From a bacterium (GTDB lineage Bacteria > Bdellovibrionota_C > UBA2361 > OMII01), in the NCBI GenBank assembly GCA_017853915.1, contig JAFMIS010000001.1, forward strand, positions 2,010 through 66,009: 64,000 nucleotides of DNA, in the 5' to 3' direction. Each line of letters starts with the position of its first letter. Position 1 is the stretch's first letter. Below the pieces are notes generated by a model. It did no database searches and was not told the DNA's origin. It saw nothing but the letters and a program-made list of their open reading frames with translations. This document shows, in pieces, positions 1 through 10,752 of this stretch. The position numbers and the translations under genes were made by a program.

Positions 1-1548
<1,548 letters not shown>

Positions 1549-1561
1549 GGGGCGTTAATCC

Positions 1562-3166
1562 TTATGCTGCGTTAGCGTGAGACTGCGCGGCCTTCTGAGC
1601 TGGAGCCGCATGAGCTCCCGCGCCGTTCTTTGAACCAGCGAGGGACGCTGCCGTACCAGCCGCGAATTGATCAGCAAATGCGCCGATAGCCTTCTTAAGA
1701 CGCTCAGTGATGTCCTTGTCCAGCTCCTGCTTGGCGCGGAGATCCTTCATCAGGTCCGCGTGGCTTGAGAGCAGGTAACGGTGCAGAGCTTCCTCAAATG
1801 GACGCACCTGATCGACCGAGAGCTTATCCGTGTACCCATTCGCGACAGCGAAGATCGATACAACCTGAAGCTCTACCGGCATCGGAACGTTTTGACCCTG
1901 CTTAAGAATCTCAACGAGGCGAGCGCCCTTCGCGAGCTGGGCGCGCGTCGCCGCATCAAGGTCTGAACCGAACTGCGCGAACGCTTGCTTCTCTCGATAT
2001 TGAGCGAGGTCAAGACGGAGTGTTCCGGCGATCTTCTTCATCGCCTTCACTTGAGCGGCTCCTCCTACACGAGAAACCGAGAGACCTACGTTCACCGCCG
2101 GTCGGATACCGGAGTTGAAGAGATCCGCCTCAAGGAAGATCTGACCATCAGTGATCGAAATCACGTTCGTGGGAACGTACGCTGATACGTCACCCTCGAG
2201 GGTCTCGATGATCGGAAGCGCCGTAAGAGAGCCGCCACCAAGCTTGTCGCTCAACTTCGCGGCTCGCTCTAAGAGTCGTGAGTGCAAATAGAATACATCT
2301 CCTGGATATGCCTCTCGTCCCGGTGGACGACGGAGCAGAAGCGAAACGCTGCGGTAGGCGACCGCGTGCTTTGAAAGATCATCGTAAATCACGAGCGCGT
2401 GCTTGCCGTTCTCCATGAAGTACTCTCCCATCGCGCATCCAGTGTACGGAGCGAGGAAGGACATCGGAGCTGGCTCTGAAGCGGTCGCCGCGACCACGAT
2501 GGTGTGGTCCATAGCGCCGTGCTCCTTAAGTCGCTCTACAACTTGAACGACCGAGGAGCGCTTCTGGCCAATCGCGACGTAAATACAGATTACGCCGTTA
2601 CCCTTCTGGTTAATAATCGTGTCGATGGCAACGGTTGTTTTGCCGGTCTTCTTATCACCAATGATAAGCTCGCGCTGACCACGACCTACTGGCGTCATCG
2701 AGTCGATCGCCTTGAGTCCGGTCTGCATCGGCTCATGAACTGATTTGCGGCCAACGATACCCGGGGCTTTAATCTCAATACGACGCTTGTGTGGACTATT
2801 GATATCACCAAGTCCATCGATCGGATTTCCAAGCGCGTCGACAACGCGACCAACGAGCGCCTCGCCTACTGGAACCTGGGCGATCTGACCGGTTCGCTTG
2901 ACGGTGTCACCCTCCTTAATCGTGGAGGTCTCTCCCATAACGACCACGCCGACGTTGTCCTCCTCAAGGTTAAGGGCGATACCCTTTGTGCCGTTGGCGA
3001 ACTCCACGAGCTCTCCAAGAGCGACCTTGCCAAGACCGTACGCGCGCGCGATTCCATCACCCACGCTCAAAACCGAACCAACCTCGGTGAGGTCCTGCTC
3101 AGTCGATACGCTGCCGATCTTATCTTTGATAATTCTGCTTATCTCATCTGCACGTATATCATCCAT
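1562..3166 (-). CDS. atpA: F1Fo ATP synthase alpha subunit
   Basis: 534-aa ORF with GDKKTGKT Walker A and highly conserved alpha-subunit blocks ([23 protein letters not shown]). Confidence 0.95.
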   Translation of the reverse strand: MDDIRADEISRIIKDKIGSVSTEQDLTEVGSVLSVGDGIARAYGLGKVALGELVEFANGTKGIALNLEEDNVGVVVMGETSTIKEGDTVKRTGQIAQVPVGEALVGRVVDALGNPIDGLGDINSPHKRRIEIKAPGIVGRKSVHEPMQTGLKAIDSMTPVGRGQRELIIGDKKTGKTTVAIDTIINQKGNGVICIYVAIGQKRSSVVQVVERLKEHGAMDHTIVVAATASEPAPMSFLAPYTGCAMGEYFMENGKHALVIYDDLSKHAVAYRSVSLLLRRPPGREAYPGDVFYLHSRLLERAAKLSDKLGGGSLTALPIIETLEGDVSAYVPTNVISITDGQIFLEADLFNSGIRPAVNVGLSVSRVGGAAQVKAMKKIAGTLRLDLAQYREKQAFAQFGSDLDAATRAQLAKGARLVEILKQGQNVPMPVELQVVSIFAVANGYTDKLSVDQVRPFEEALHRYLLSSHADLMKDLRAKQELDKDITERLKKAIGAFADQFAAGTAASLAGSKNGAGAHAAPAQKAAQSHANAA

Positions 3167-3193
3167 ACTTACCTCTTCTCTAATAAATCTCTC

Positions 3194-3745
3194 TTAACGC
3201 GTTAGTTGTGTCGCGATCCGCTGTAAAGTCCCAGCTACTGATCGATCGAGGAGCTTATCGCCAAGACGAATTGTGAGCCCTCCCAGCAATGCTGGATCAG
3301 TCTTCACACTCAATGCCACTTCGCCTCCGAGAGCCTGAGATAGTCGGCCTTTAAGTCCGGAGACGACATCATCGTTGGCCGCCTGCGCAAAGGTCACTTC
3401 AAGCGCTAGGTTCTTGCGATACTCACTGACGAGCTGCGCGAAGATTGTCGAGACGCTCGGTACTATCTGCGCCTTGCGCAATTCAACGAGCGCTCGCACC
3501 ATTTTTTTTGTAGGCTCATTGACCCATCCACCTAATGCTTGCGCGACTCCGTCAACAACTGAAAGGCGCTGCGAGTCGGAGACGCGAGGATTGAGCATGC
3601 TGTCGCGAAACTCTATCGACGCGCCCCACACCTGGGTGAATCTCGCCAGTTGGTGCGACGTCGCGTCGAAATCCTGCGGGTTTGTTACCTCAAACAGGGC
3701 TCGCGCGTATCGCTTTGCTACTTTTTCCTGTCGTCCTGAAGCCAT
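3194..3745 (-). CDS. atpH: F1Fo ATP synthase delta (OSCP) subunit
   Basis: 183-aa ORF of delta-subunit length and character (RYARALFEV...) in the operon position between the b subunit and alpha. Confidence 0.85.
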   Translation of the reverse strand: MASGRQEKVAKRYARALFEVTNPQDFDATSHQLARFTQVWGASIEFRDSMLNPRVSDSQRLSVVDGVAQALGGWVNEPTKKMVRALVELRKAQIVPSVSTIFAQLVSEYRKNLALEVTFAQAANDDVVSGLKGRLSQALGGEVALSVKTDPALLGGLTIRLGDKLLDRSVAGTLQRIATQLTR

Positions 3746-3772
3746 GAAATCTCTTCTTAGTCCCCTACTCTC

Positions 3773-4444
3773 TTACTGCGTCAGACGTTTCGCTCGAGCC
3801 ACAGCGGCGTCAACGTAAGCCTGCTGTCGCGACGCGAACTCGCCACCAACAAATTTTCCACGCGCGATCTCAAGCGCCCGCGCTACCAGGGTCGATTTAA
3901 ACGCGGAGAGCGCTGAGCGTCCCTCCCCAGCCACCATCTCCCGAGCCTGCTCACGAATGCGAGCAGCACGCTCGTCGGCCTGCTTGACGATGTGCTCAGC
4001 CTCAACCTTCGCTTGAGAAAGTATCTCCTGTCGCGCGCGCTCCTGCTCAGTGGAGAGCCCTCGGGTCAGTGCCTCGATGGCGTTCAATTCTCTCTCGGCG
4101 CCTTCGACCTCAGCCGTTGAACTCGCCACCATCTCCTGAATCTGTTCACGACGAGCAGCCCACCCTTTCCGAATCGGGGCTCGCAGAAGGTAAGTAAGAA
4201 GAGCGGCGTAGATGAGGAAGTTAATCCAGTACGCGGATAGGTCTGTTATCGATGGAGTGTGTTCTGCTCCTGACGCAACAGCGACCGACACAGGAATCAA
4301 GAGCGCTCCGAGGCCCGCAAGGTATCGTACGGAGTGGGATAGTTTCATCGTTGTAAAATCTCTCTCTAGTTTGTTCTCTTGTAGAGAAGAACCAGGGGTA
4401 CCAAAATGCGCCGATAGGATAGCCACTCTAGCCGCAGAAGTCAC
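3773..4444 (-). CDS. atpF: F1Fo ATP synthase subunit b
   Basis: 223-aa ORF with an N-terminal TM helix followed by a long charged helical region rich in A/E/R, typical of b subunits, in operon context. Confidence 0.8.
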   Translation of the reverse strand: MTSAARVAILSAHFGTPGSSLQENKLERDFTTMKLSHSVRYLAGLGALLIPVSVAVASGAEHTPSITDLSAYWINFLIYAALLTYLLRAPIRKGWAARREQIQEMVASSTAEVEGAERELNAIEALTRGLSTEQERARQEILSQAKVEAEHIVKQADERAARIREQAREMVAGEGRSALSAFKSTLVARALEIARGKFVGGEFASRQQAYVDAAVARAKRLTQ

Positions 4445-4550
4445 CCCTTAGCATGACGATTTGTTTGCTTTTTCCCCCACTCCGGACAGATGCGAAAGCG
4501 CGGCGCAGGCGAGTTTACATCGGCCAAAAAACGGTCAAAAAAACAGGGAA

Positions 4551-5024
4551 TTAGTTAAGGCTTAGCTGAGAGTCCACCTGCGAGGCGAGCCTGCTAGCCA
4601 ACTCTTTGGCCTCTGTCTCGGCGCTCGACTGCGCCCTCTTGAGCTGTTCGGTTATGGCGATCCGACCGGCTTTTATCGATTCGGCAGCTTCAGCCTCGGC
4701 CTTGGCGACGATCTGACTGGCCTTGGTCTTGGCATCCCGAACGACGTCCGAGCGAGTTTTGTTTGCTTCAACTCGGGCTTGGAACATGGCGTCATCGTAG
4801 CGAGTCCGAAGAGCCGAAGCTTTCTGACGCATCTGGTCGGCCGTGAAGAGCGCTCCCGCTGTCACTGACTCGCGCTGCTCAACGTGCTCCAGAAGCGGTC
4901 GAAACACCTGCGTTTCCAGAGTCTTATACAGCGCGAATATCAACACTGTGCCGATCACGATCATCACTCCATCGATAGGAGTGAGATTGAGGACTGCTAG
5001 GATATTTTCGATCTTCTCTTGCAT
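4551..5024 (-). CDS. F1Fo ATP synthase subunit b' (second b-type subunit)
   Basis: 157-aa ORF with one N-terminal TM helix and a charged coiled helical tail, immediately upstream of atpF. This b/b' duplication is typical of photosynthetic, alpha- and some delta-proteobacterial-type operons. Confidence 0.7.
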   Translation of the reverse strand: MQEKIENILAVLNLTPIDGVMIVIGTVLIFALYKTLETQVFRPLLEHVEQRESVTAGALFTADQMRQKASALRTRYDDAMFQARVEANKTRSDVVRDAKTKASQIVAKAEAEAAESIKAGRIAITEQLKRAQSSAETEAKELASRLASQVDSQLSLN

Positions 5025-5056
5025 GGGCTAGAGATTCGTCGATTTCGCGAATTAGA

Positions 5057-5479
5057 TCAACCTTTGGGCGAGGCAACTGGCTTTTTCCCCTGCTCCGGCA
5101 TCGCACATCGCCCAACAAAGGTGGCTCCTGGCTCGATCATTATCTGCTCAGTGGTCACGTCGCCCCGCAGCTCTGAGCCGTTTAAGAGCGATGTCGAACG
5201 GGCAGCATGGGCGTCCCCGGTAAGCTTTCCCTCAAGGACTATCTCGGCCGCGCTTAAGCGCCCTGTCACCGAGCCGCCAGCAGCAACCACGATCTTTGAG
5301 TCGGAAACCACCTCACCCTCAACAACCCCTGAAACTACGATATCCCCGCGGGATTTAATGTCGCCCTTGAAGGTAGTTTCAGCGGCAATAATGGTCGCAG
5401 CCCCCTTTGAAGCTGTGGCGCCTAAGGTGAACTTTGAATTTGATCCGTATGTATCCGTAGCGAGTGCTTGCTGTGCCAT
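5057..5479 (-). CDS. bactofilin (DUF583-type cytoskeletal polymer)
   Basis: 140-aa ORF dominated by repeated beta-strand motifs (GDIVVSGVVEGEVVS, KIVVAAGGSVTGRL, AEIVLEGKLTGD), the hallmark of the bactofilin beta-helix domain. Confidence 0.8.
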   Translation of the reverse strand: MAQQALATDTYGSNSKFTLGATASKGAATIIAAETTFKGDIKSRGDIVVSGVVEGEVVSDSKIVVAAGGSVTGRLSAAEIVLEGKLTGDAHAARSTSLLNGSELRGDVTTEQIMIEPGATFVGRCAMPEQGKKPVASPKG

Positions 5480-5517
5480 AGTGAGTATCCTCCCTTAAAA
5501 CTTTCGTCTCTGTTTAA

Positions 5518-6486
5518 TTATTCCCTGCTTGTAGTCAGTATCTGGACAAGGCGATCGAGCTCGGCGTCTGAAAAATAGTGCAGCTCTATCGCGCCACCCT
5601 TGCGTGCCTTACGAATCGAGACCTTTGTTCCAAGCGCATTTCTCAGGCGCTCTTCAAGCTCTGGATAGGCTGAAATACGCGTTATTTTACCCGTTTCTGC
5701 CCCCTCGCCCGCGGAGGTCTTTCGCGACGCGTCTAGCACAACTTCGCGAGAAACGATCGCTTCGATAGCGCGCACCGACAGGCTTTCGGCGACAATCTTG
5801 TTAGCCAAACTAATCTGCACTACGGGCTCCTTCACCGTGAGAATCGCCTTGGCGTGTCCGAGGGAGATTCGACCATCGCGCACCATCTCCTGAACGGCCG
5901 ACGGGAGCTTTAAAATTCGAGCTATGTTGGCCACTGTCGCGCGGTCCTTTCCCACTCGCTCGGCGACCTCTTGTACGGTGAGCGAAAAATCTTCAATCAG
6001 GCGCTGGTAGCCCTTGGCCTCCTCAATCGGATTAAGGCTCTGGCGCTGAATGTTCTCGACAAGGGCTATCTCGAGGGTCTCCCTCTCTCCTAAATCGCGA
6101 ATAATTACAGGTATTTGCGCTAGGCCGGCTCTGTTTGCGGCACGAAAACGACGCTCTCCGGCTACTATCTGATAGCCGCCAGCATAGGGCCTGACAAGAA
6201 TCGGCTGAAGCACTCCAAGTACCTTAATTGACTCAGATAATTCATTGATCTCCTGCTCTAAAAACTCCTGACGTGGTTGGTTTGGGTTGGCTATAATCTG
6301 GGAGATTGCCAGGTATGTTACCTCCCCCTCCGCCTCGCGAACTATCTCCGGTGCACTAGAGGCCAACGGAAGATCGGTGTTGCTAGCAGGCTCACGAGGC
6401 TGCACAACAGCGACAGGGGCAGCGCTTGAAACGAGAGCGCTAAGACCACGACCCAATGCCATACGCGTATTCTTCTTCATTACCAA
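5518..6486 (-). CDS. parB: chromosome partitioning protein ParB
   Basis: N-terminal ParB box (LGRGLSALV), ParB/Spo0J N-terminal and HTH regions (GERRFRAA...). Follows parA. Confidence 0.92.
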   Translation of the reverse strand: MVMKKNTRMALGRGLSALVSSAAPVAVVQPREPASNTDLPLASSAPEIVREAEGEVTYLAISQIIANPNQPRQEFLEQEINELSESIKVLGVLQPILVRPYAGGYQIVAGERRFRAANRAGLAQIPVIIRDLGERETLEIALVENIQRQSLNPIEEAKGYQRLIEDFSLTVQEVAERVGKDRATVANIARILKLPSAVQEMVRDGRISLGHAKAILTVKEPVVQISLANKIVAESLSVRAIEAIVSREVVLDASRKTSAGEGAETGKITRISAYPELEERLRNALGTKVSIRKARKGGAIELHYFSDAELDRLVQILTTSRE

Positions 6487-6513
6487 ACTCCCGATTAATC
6501 ACTCTACTCAAAA

Positions 6514-6531
6514 ACGTTCCACGTGGAACAC
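6514..6531. promoter_or_regulatory. parS-like centromere site (GTTCCACGTGGAAC core, 14 of 16 bp of the palindrome) between parA and parB
   Basis: The sequence cgTTCCACGTGGAACAcg matches the parS consensus TGTTNCACGTGAAACA and the three perfect sites upstream of parA. Confidence 0.6.
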
Positions 6532-6532
6532 G

Positions 6533-7402
6533 TCACGCCGCCTTCTCCTCGGAACCGCCCTCAGGCTTATCCTTGTTGAGCTCGAGACGTTCTATCAATT
6601 CACCAGCGAGCGCCAGATAGCTCTTTGCACCAGCGCTCTGCGGATCGTACTTACAGATCGGCAGGCCATGGCTAGGACACTCGGAGAGTTTGATATTCCT
6701 TGGGATGCGGGCTCTAAACAGCCGCTCACCGAAGTGCTTCTCGGCCTCTTGGTGAACCTGTAACGACAGGTTCGTTCGCGCGTCGTACATAGTTAGGAAC
6801 ACGCCCAAGAGCTGCAGCTCGGGATTAAAGGTCTGCTGAACAAAAGCGATAGTATTGAGAAGCCCAGAGAGACCCTCCAACGAGTAGTACTCGGCTTGCA
6901 GAGGAACAATGACCGATTGAGCCGCTCCAAGAGCATTCAATGTCAGAAGGCCGGAGGAGGGGGGACAGTCGATGATAATAAGATCGAATTGAGGCTGAAT
7001 ATCCGCAAGTGCACTGCGGAGAATCAGCTCACGTCCCGGTGCACGGCCAATCTCAAGCTCAAGGCTCACCAGATCATGGGATCCAGGCACCACGCTTAGG
7101 TTACGGATAGAAGAGGGAACAATGACGTCCTTGAGTGGCACCTTACCAAAAAAGGCATCATATAGGTCTCTGCCTTCGGGGTGCCTCTCAACTCCAAGAC
7201 CGCTTGTAGCGCTCGCCTGTGGATCAAAATCAAGGAGCAGGACTTTAAAACCGAGAAGGGCAAGTTGCGCGGAGATACTAACAGCGCTTGTAGTCTTACC
7301 AACGCCGCCTTTCTGATTAGCGAGAGCGATTATCTGAGCCATAATGAGAAGCTTTAGACCGGAGAGTGTAGAGGTATCACGAGTTCGAATCAGTCTCAAC
7401 AC
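6533..7402 (-). CDS. parA: chromosome partitioning ATPase ParA/Soj
   Basis: Deviant Walker A KGGVGKTT, ParA/MinD-family architecture, followed by parB. Confidence 0.92.
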   Translation of the reverse strand: MLRLIRTRDTSTLSGLKLLIMAQIIALANQKGGVGKTTSAVSISAQLALLGFKVLLLDFDPQASATSGLGVERHPEGRDLYDAFFGKVPLKDVIVPSSIRNLSVVPGSHDLVSLELEIGRAPGRELILRSALADIQPQFDLIIIDCPPSSGLLTLNALGAAQSVIVPLQAEYYSLEGLSGLLNTIAFVQQTFNPELQLLGVFLTMYDARTNLSLQVHQEAEKHFGERLFRARIPRNIKLSECPSHGLPICKYDPQSAGAKSYLALAGELIERLELNKDKPEGGSEEKAA

Positions 7403-7414
7403 AAAACACTCGAC

Positions 7415-7430
7415 TGTTCCACGTGGAACA
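7415..7430. promoter_or_regulatory. parS site 1 (TGTTCCACGTGGAACA, perfect 16-bp palindrome)
   Basis: Exact palindrome matching the parS consensus, 13 bp upstream of the parA start. Confidence 0.8.
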
Positions 7431-7470
7431 GAAATATTTTCTCAAGACGAGATCGTCTGGGCGTTGTAGC

Positions 7471-7486
7471 TGTTCCACGTGGAACA
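7471..7486. promoter_or_regulatory. parS site 2 (TGTTCCACGTGGAACA)
   Basis: Identical 16-mer, 56 bp downstream of site 1. Confidence 0.8.
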
Positions 7487-7526
7487 TATTTCTTTATTTT
7501 TTATTTGCACCGCTGCAGTCACACAT

Positions 7527-7542
7527 GTTCCACGTGGAACAG
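7527..7542. promoter_or_regulatory. parS site 3 (TGTTCCACGTGGAACA)
   Basis: Identical 16-mer, 56 bp downstream of site 2. Confidence 0.8.
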
Positions 7543-7830
7543 CTACACGGTGCGATCACAACCAAGACAAAACCGCATCGAGACCAGTGCGCACCGAACA
7601 CGGATATAATCAATTCGCAAATCCACGATGCACGTCTCCTGCGCTCTTCCACTACCCAATAAGAATTTACCGAGAAACTAAGAATCAACTAGGACACTAT
7701 CAAGAGTGCAGAGAGCGTTGGGGTAGGGGGCTCTACGCTGACACTGCAGCAACAGCTATCGATATCCAACTCTAAACCAACCATATTGTCGAATTGCGTT
7801 TTATTCAGCAGAACAGTTCGGATAATATAA

Positions 7831-9009
7831 CTAATCGGCACTGGGAAGCCGTTTCCGGACCTCGAGCAAACTATCCATCAGCCACGTGATCTCTTCCTCA
7901 GAGTGTCCGGTCGACAGGAGAATGCGCGCAACCGCTCCGTTACGACGCAGCCCACGAGCAGCCAGTGCATCAACCACGACACCACGCTGCAAAAGAGCGT
8001 CCTGTAACTCGCGCGCTTTTAGTAAACTCTCGCACCAGATCGCGGTGATTGGCGCGCTCTCGTCGCTTACAACGTTCCATCCCTGAGCCCGCAACGCCGC
8101 GCTGACCATTTTCGATCGCATCGCGAGACGATCGCGCTGCGTAATCGCGACCTCAACAAGATCCAGAGCGCGCTCAACGATCGCCGTAGCGATGATTGAA
8201 GGAGCAGCCTCAAGACGAACGTAACGCGAACGATTACCCAGCACATCACGCAGCTCCTGCGAGCCAACCAGCGCGGCCAGCTCGACACCAGCTATCGGCG
8301 CGAAATTGATCAACCGCGCAAGTAGGGCAGGAGAGGAGGGAACATCCTCAGCGCTTCCCGCGCCGCGCAGACCCGAGTGCCCAAGCGCTGCTGTCTCATC
8401 AATCATCCCCCAGGCTCCGCTCTGCTCAAGCGCCGAGAGGAATCGTGTTGTGTTCAAGCGCTGTCCTGTGACGGACGCGATAGCCTCGGCCACCACCACG
8501 ATCCGCTTGGCTAATCGATACCGTTCAAGGATCTGGCGTAGCTCATCCTCGCTCTCAAACTCCACGTACTCGGCTCCCATCAAGGCGCTCGCGTCAGCAA
8601 GCGGCAGCGTCGTAAGCGAGGGGCCAACAACCACCACCCCCTCAGAGCACAGAGCCGTAATTGTGCTTAAAATAGCCTGATTTTTGGTCGAAAAAAGCAG
8701 CGCTCCCTCAGCCGCGAAAAAACGCCCAATCCGCGCCTCACAGGTCAGGTGTGCTGGGGTGATGCCGCCGACGTGGCGACCACTGGCTAAACCTACGCCG
8801 TACTCCTGTAGGGAGTGAACCGCAACCGATGTGAGCTCGCGATGCCCGTGAAGCTCAAGAAAGTTCCAGGCGGCAAAGCTCGTCACAACCCGACCACGAT
8901 AGGTAGGATGGAGCGCGTCCACGCCGGCTCGAATCCCGATATCGGGACTCGGGGAGGGGACATCGAGCGCGATCTCTCGAGCTAACTCTATTTTAATATC
9001 GCTCTTCAC
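7831..9009 (-). CDS. alpha-oxoamine synthase-family (BioF/serine palmitoyltransferase-like) fold-type I PLP-enzyme homolog, possibly catalytically degenerate
   Basis: 392-aa ORF. The region LLFSTKNQAILSTI...VVVGPSL aligns to the BioF Gly-rich block LFSSGFAANQA, and IDETAALGHSG resembles the DDAHG block. I cannot find a Lys at the expected Schiff-base position (LINFAPIAG where BioF has TFGKGFG). Confidence 0.7.
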   Translation of the reverse strand: MKSDIKIELAREIALDVPSPSPDIGIRAGVDALHPTYRGRVVTSFAAWNFLELHGHRELTSVAVHSLQEYGVGLASGRHVGGITPAHLTCEARIGRFFAAEGALLFSTKNQAILSTITALCSEGVVVVGPSLTTLPLADASALMGAEYVEFESEDELRQILERYRLAKRIVVVAEAIASVTGQRLNTTRFLSALEQSGAWGMIDETAALGHSGLRGAGSAEDVPSSPALLARLINFAPIAGVELAALVGSQELRDVLGNRSRYVRLEAAPSIIATAIVERALDLVEVAITQRDRLAMRSKMVSAALRAQGWNVVSDESAPITAIWCESLLKARELQDALLQRGVVVDALAARGLRRNGAVARILLSTGHSEEEITWLMDSLLEVRKRLPSAD

Positions 9010-9024
9010 GAATTATATCGGATC

Positions 9025-10108
9025 TTAATCGGTCTTGAGCAAACAAGACTCAATAATCGGATCGAGCTCTCCATCGAGGACGGCGTGAACATCAGACGTC
9101 TCATAGTCACTGCGCAGATCCTTGACGAGCTGATAAGGCTGCATCACGTAGTTGCGTATCTGACTACCGAAATCGATCTTCTTTCGCTGCCCCTTGAGCT
9201 GGTCGATCTTATCGCGCTGCTCTTCTTGACCAAGTTCATAGAGCTTCGACTTTAAGATCTTAAGTGCCCGAGCCTTGTTTTTATGTTGAGACCTTTCACT
9301 TTGACAGGCAACTATAATTCCTGAGGGAATATGGGTAATTCGTACTGCGGAGTCGGTTTTATTGACGTGTTGCCCACCGGCGCCTGAGGAGCGATACGTA
9401 TCAATCCTAAGGTCGGCCTCATTGATGTCCACCTGGATCTCCTCCTCGATGTCCGGCGTAACGCTCACCGAGGCAAACGAGGTATGGCGCCTGGCATTTG
9501 AGTCAAATGGGGAGATTCGAACGAGTCGATGCACCCCAGATTCATTCCTCAGATTTCCGTAGGCGTACGGCCCCTCGACTAAAACGGTCGCGTTCTTGAT
9601 GCCCGCACCCTCACCCGGTTGATAGTCCATAATCTCGGTACGAAAGCGCTTGCGCTCACACCACCGAAGATACATCCGCAGCAGCATGTCGCCCCAATCC
9701 TGAGCCTCCGTGCCTCCTGAGCCAGCGTTAATCTCGATAATCGCGCTCTGACTATCGAACTCACCGTTCATCTTACACTTGAATTCGAGGCCACTGACGG
9801 CCGCTTCCAACTCCTTCATCAGCGAGGTCGCCTCGGCAACAAAATCCTCATCGCCTGACTCCTTAGCAAGCTCAAGCGCTGCTTCAGTATCAGAATGTAG
9901 TCCCTCGATCTTCTTAAACTGGTCAAGCCGCTCGACGCACTGGGCCCGTTCCCGCATCACGGCTTTAGCTTTGCTCGCGTCGTTCCAGATATCTCCTGCC
10001 TGAGACTGACTCTCAAGCTGCTCGACTTTTATAGTTAGGTTAGCGATGTCAAAGAAACCCCCTCAGGAGCTCAACCCGTTGGTTGATTCCCTGGAGCTTA
10101 TATTTCAT
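9025..10108 (-). CDS. prfB: peptide chain release factor 2, with +1 programmed ribosomal frameshift
   Basis: The downstream frame (9025-9960) has SGAGGQHVNKTDSAVRITHIPSG (GGQ motif). ORF0 MKYKLQGINQRVELLRGFL ends at an in-frame TGA within CTT TGA C, preceded by the SD-like AGGGGG. A +1 shift continues DIANLTIKVEQLESQ...MRERAQ. Confidence 0.9.
10046..10064 (-). other. prfB programmed +1 frameshift site (AGGGGG-TTT-CTT-TGA-C on the coding strand)
   Basis: The plus strand reads gtcaaagaaaccccct, so the coding strand is AGGGGGTTTCTTTGAC. This is the canonical RF2 autoregulatory shift site (CUU UGA C with an upstream SD). Confidence 0.9.
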
Positions 10109-10218
10109 TTCTGAGGGGTCAAAGATGGCAGCCATGTCGAGTGGTATACGTTGCCGAGCTACTCGCGTCAATGCCGCCACACAGGACATCTCGATGAACC
10201 CTCGATGCAATCTCGACG

Positions 10219-10752
10219 CTACGAGCCCTCAAGCGCAATCGACTCACGAATAGACCGCTCTCTCCGTCGCATGCGCGCCGCCTCGCGAGCTGGAACGCCC
10301 TCGTGATCGTATCCACAGAGATGCAAGACTCCATGCACCACAAGCCGCAGTAGCTCCTGGCGCACGGAGACCTCGAACTCTTGAGCTTGGCGAATCGTCG
10401 TCTCGGTTGAGATAACAAGATCACCGAGGTAGGGCCCTTTGAGATCGCTTGCCCTACCACCACCCCGTAACTCTCGAGGGGTGAACTGTGGAAACGACAG
10501 GACATCCGTCGGCTTATCTTTCTTACGAAACTCAAAGTTAATCTCTCGCATGCGCGCATCATTAACCAGTAACACATGGAGTTCGCGCACCTCCGGAAGC
10601 GCGACATCCTTCTCCACGAAACTTAAAACGTTGCCCACGAGCCGTCGCATATAGCTCTCGGAGACCCGCAACTTCTTGCTCTCAACGGAGATGTGAATTC
10701 GCCACGGCCGTGACGCAGGGGCTTTCGCCCGGGTTCCTCTTCTCATAGTCAC
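10219..10752 (-). CDS. ybeY: endoribonuclease YbeY (rRNA maturation factor)
   Basis: HGVLHLCGYDH zinc-binding motif; 177 aa; follows phoH and the 7TM-HD protein. Confidence 0.9.
   Translation of the reverse strand: MTMRRGTRAKAPASRPWRIHISVESKKLRVSESYMRRLVGNVLSFVEKDVALPEVRELHVLLVNDARMREINFEFRKKDKPTDVLSFPQFTPRELRGGGRASDLKGPYLGDLVISTETTIRQAQEFEVSVRQELLRLVVHGVLHLCGYDHEGVPAREAARMRRRERSIRESIALEGS

Noticed and set aside
2789-3205. Antisense or alternative-frame ORFs inside atpA, atpG, gyrB, dnaA, mnmG and similar genes (e.g. 2789-3205 +, 773-1039 +, 40277-40831 +, 45045-45467 +)
   Set aside because: They lie fully inside strongly supported conserved genes and have no RBS. Their compositions are typical of out-of-frame translation of GC-rich coding DNA.
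7378-7400. TTCGAAT (T-loop-like) motif suggesting a tRNA near the parA start
   Set aside because: The flanking arms are not complementary. No acceptor stem or anticodon arm can be drawn. The region is the parA start/RBS.
7415-7542. Regularly spaced 16-bp repeats with ~40-bp spacers could be mistaken for a mini-CRISPR array
   Set aside because: The repeats are perfect palindromes matching the parS consensus. There are only 3 copies. They sit in the parA promoter next to parB, and no cas genes are present.
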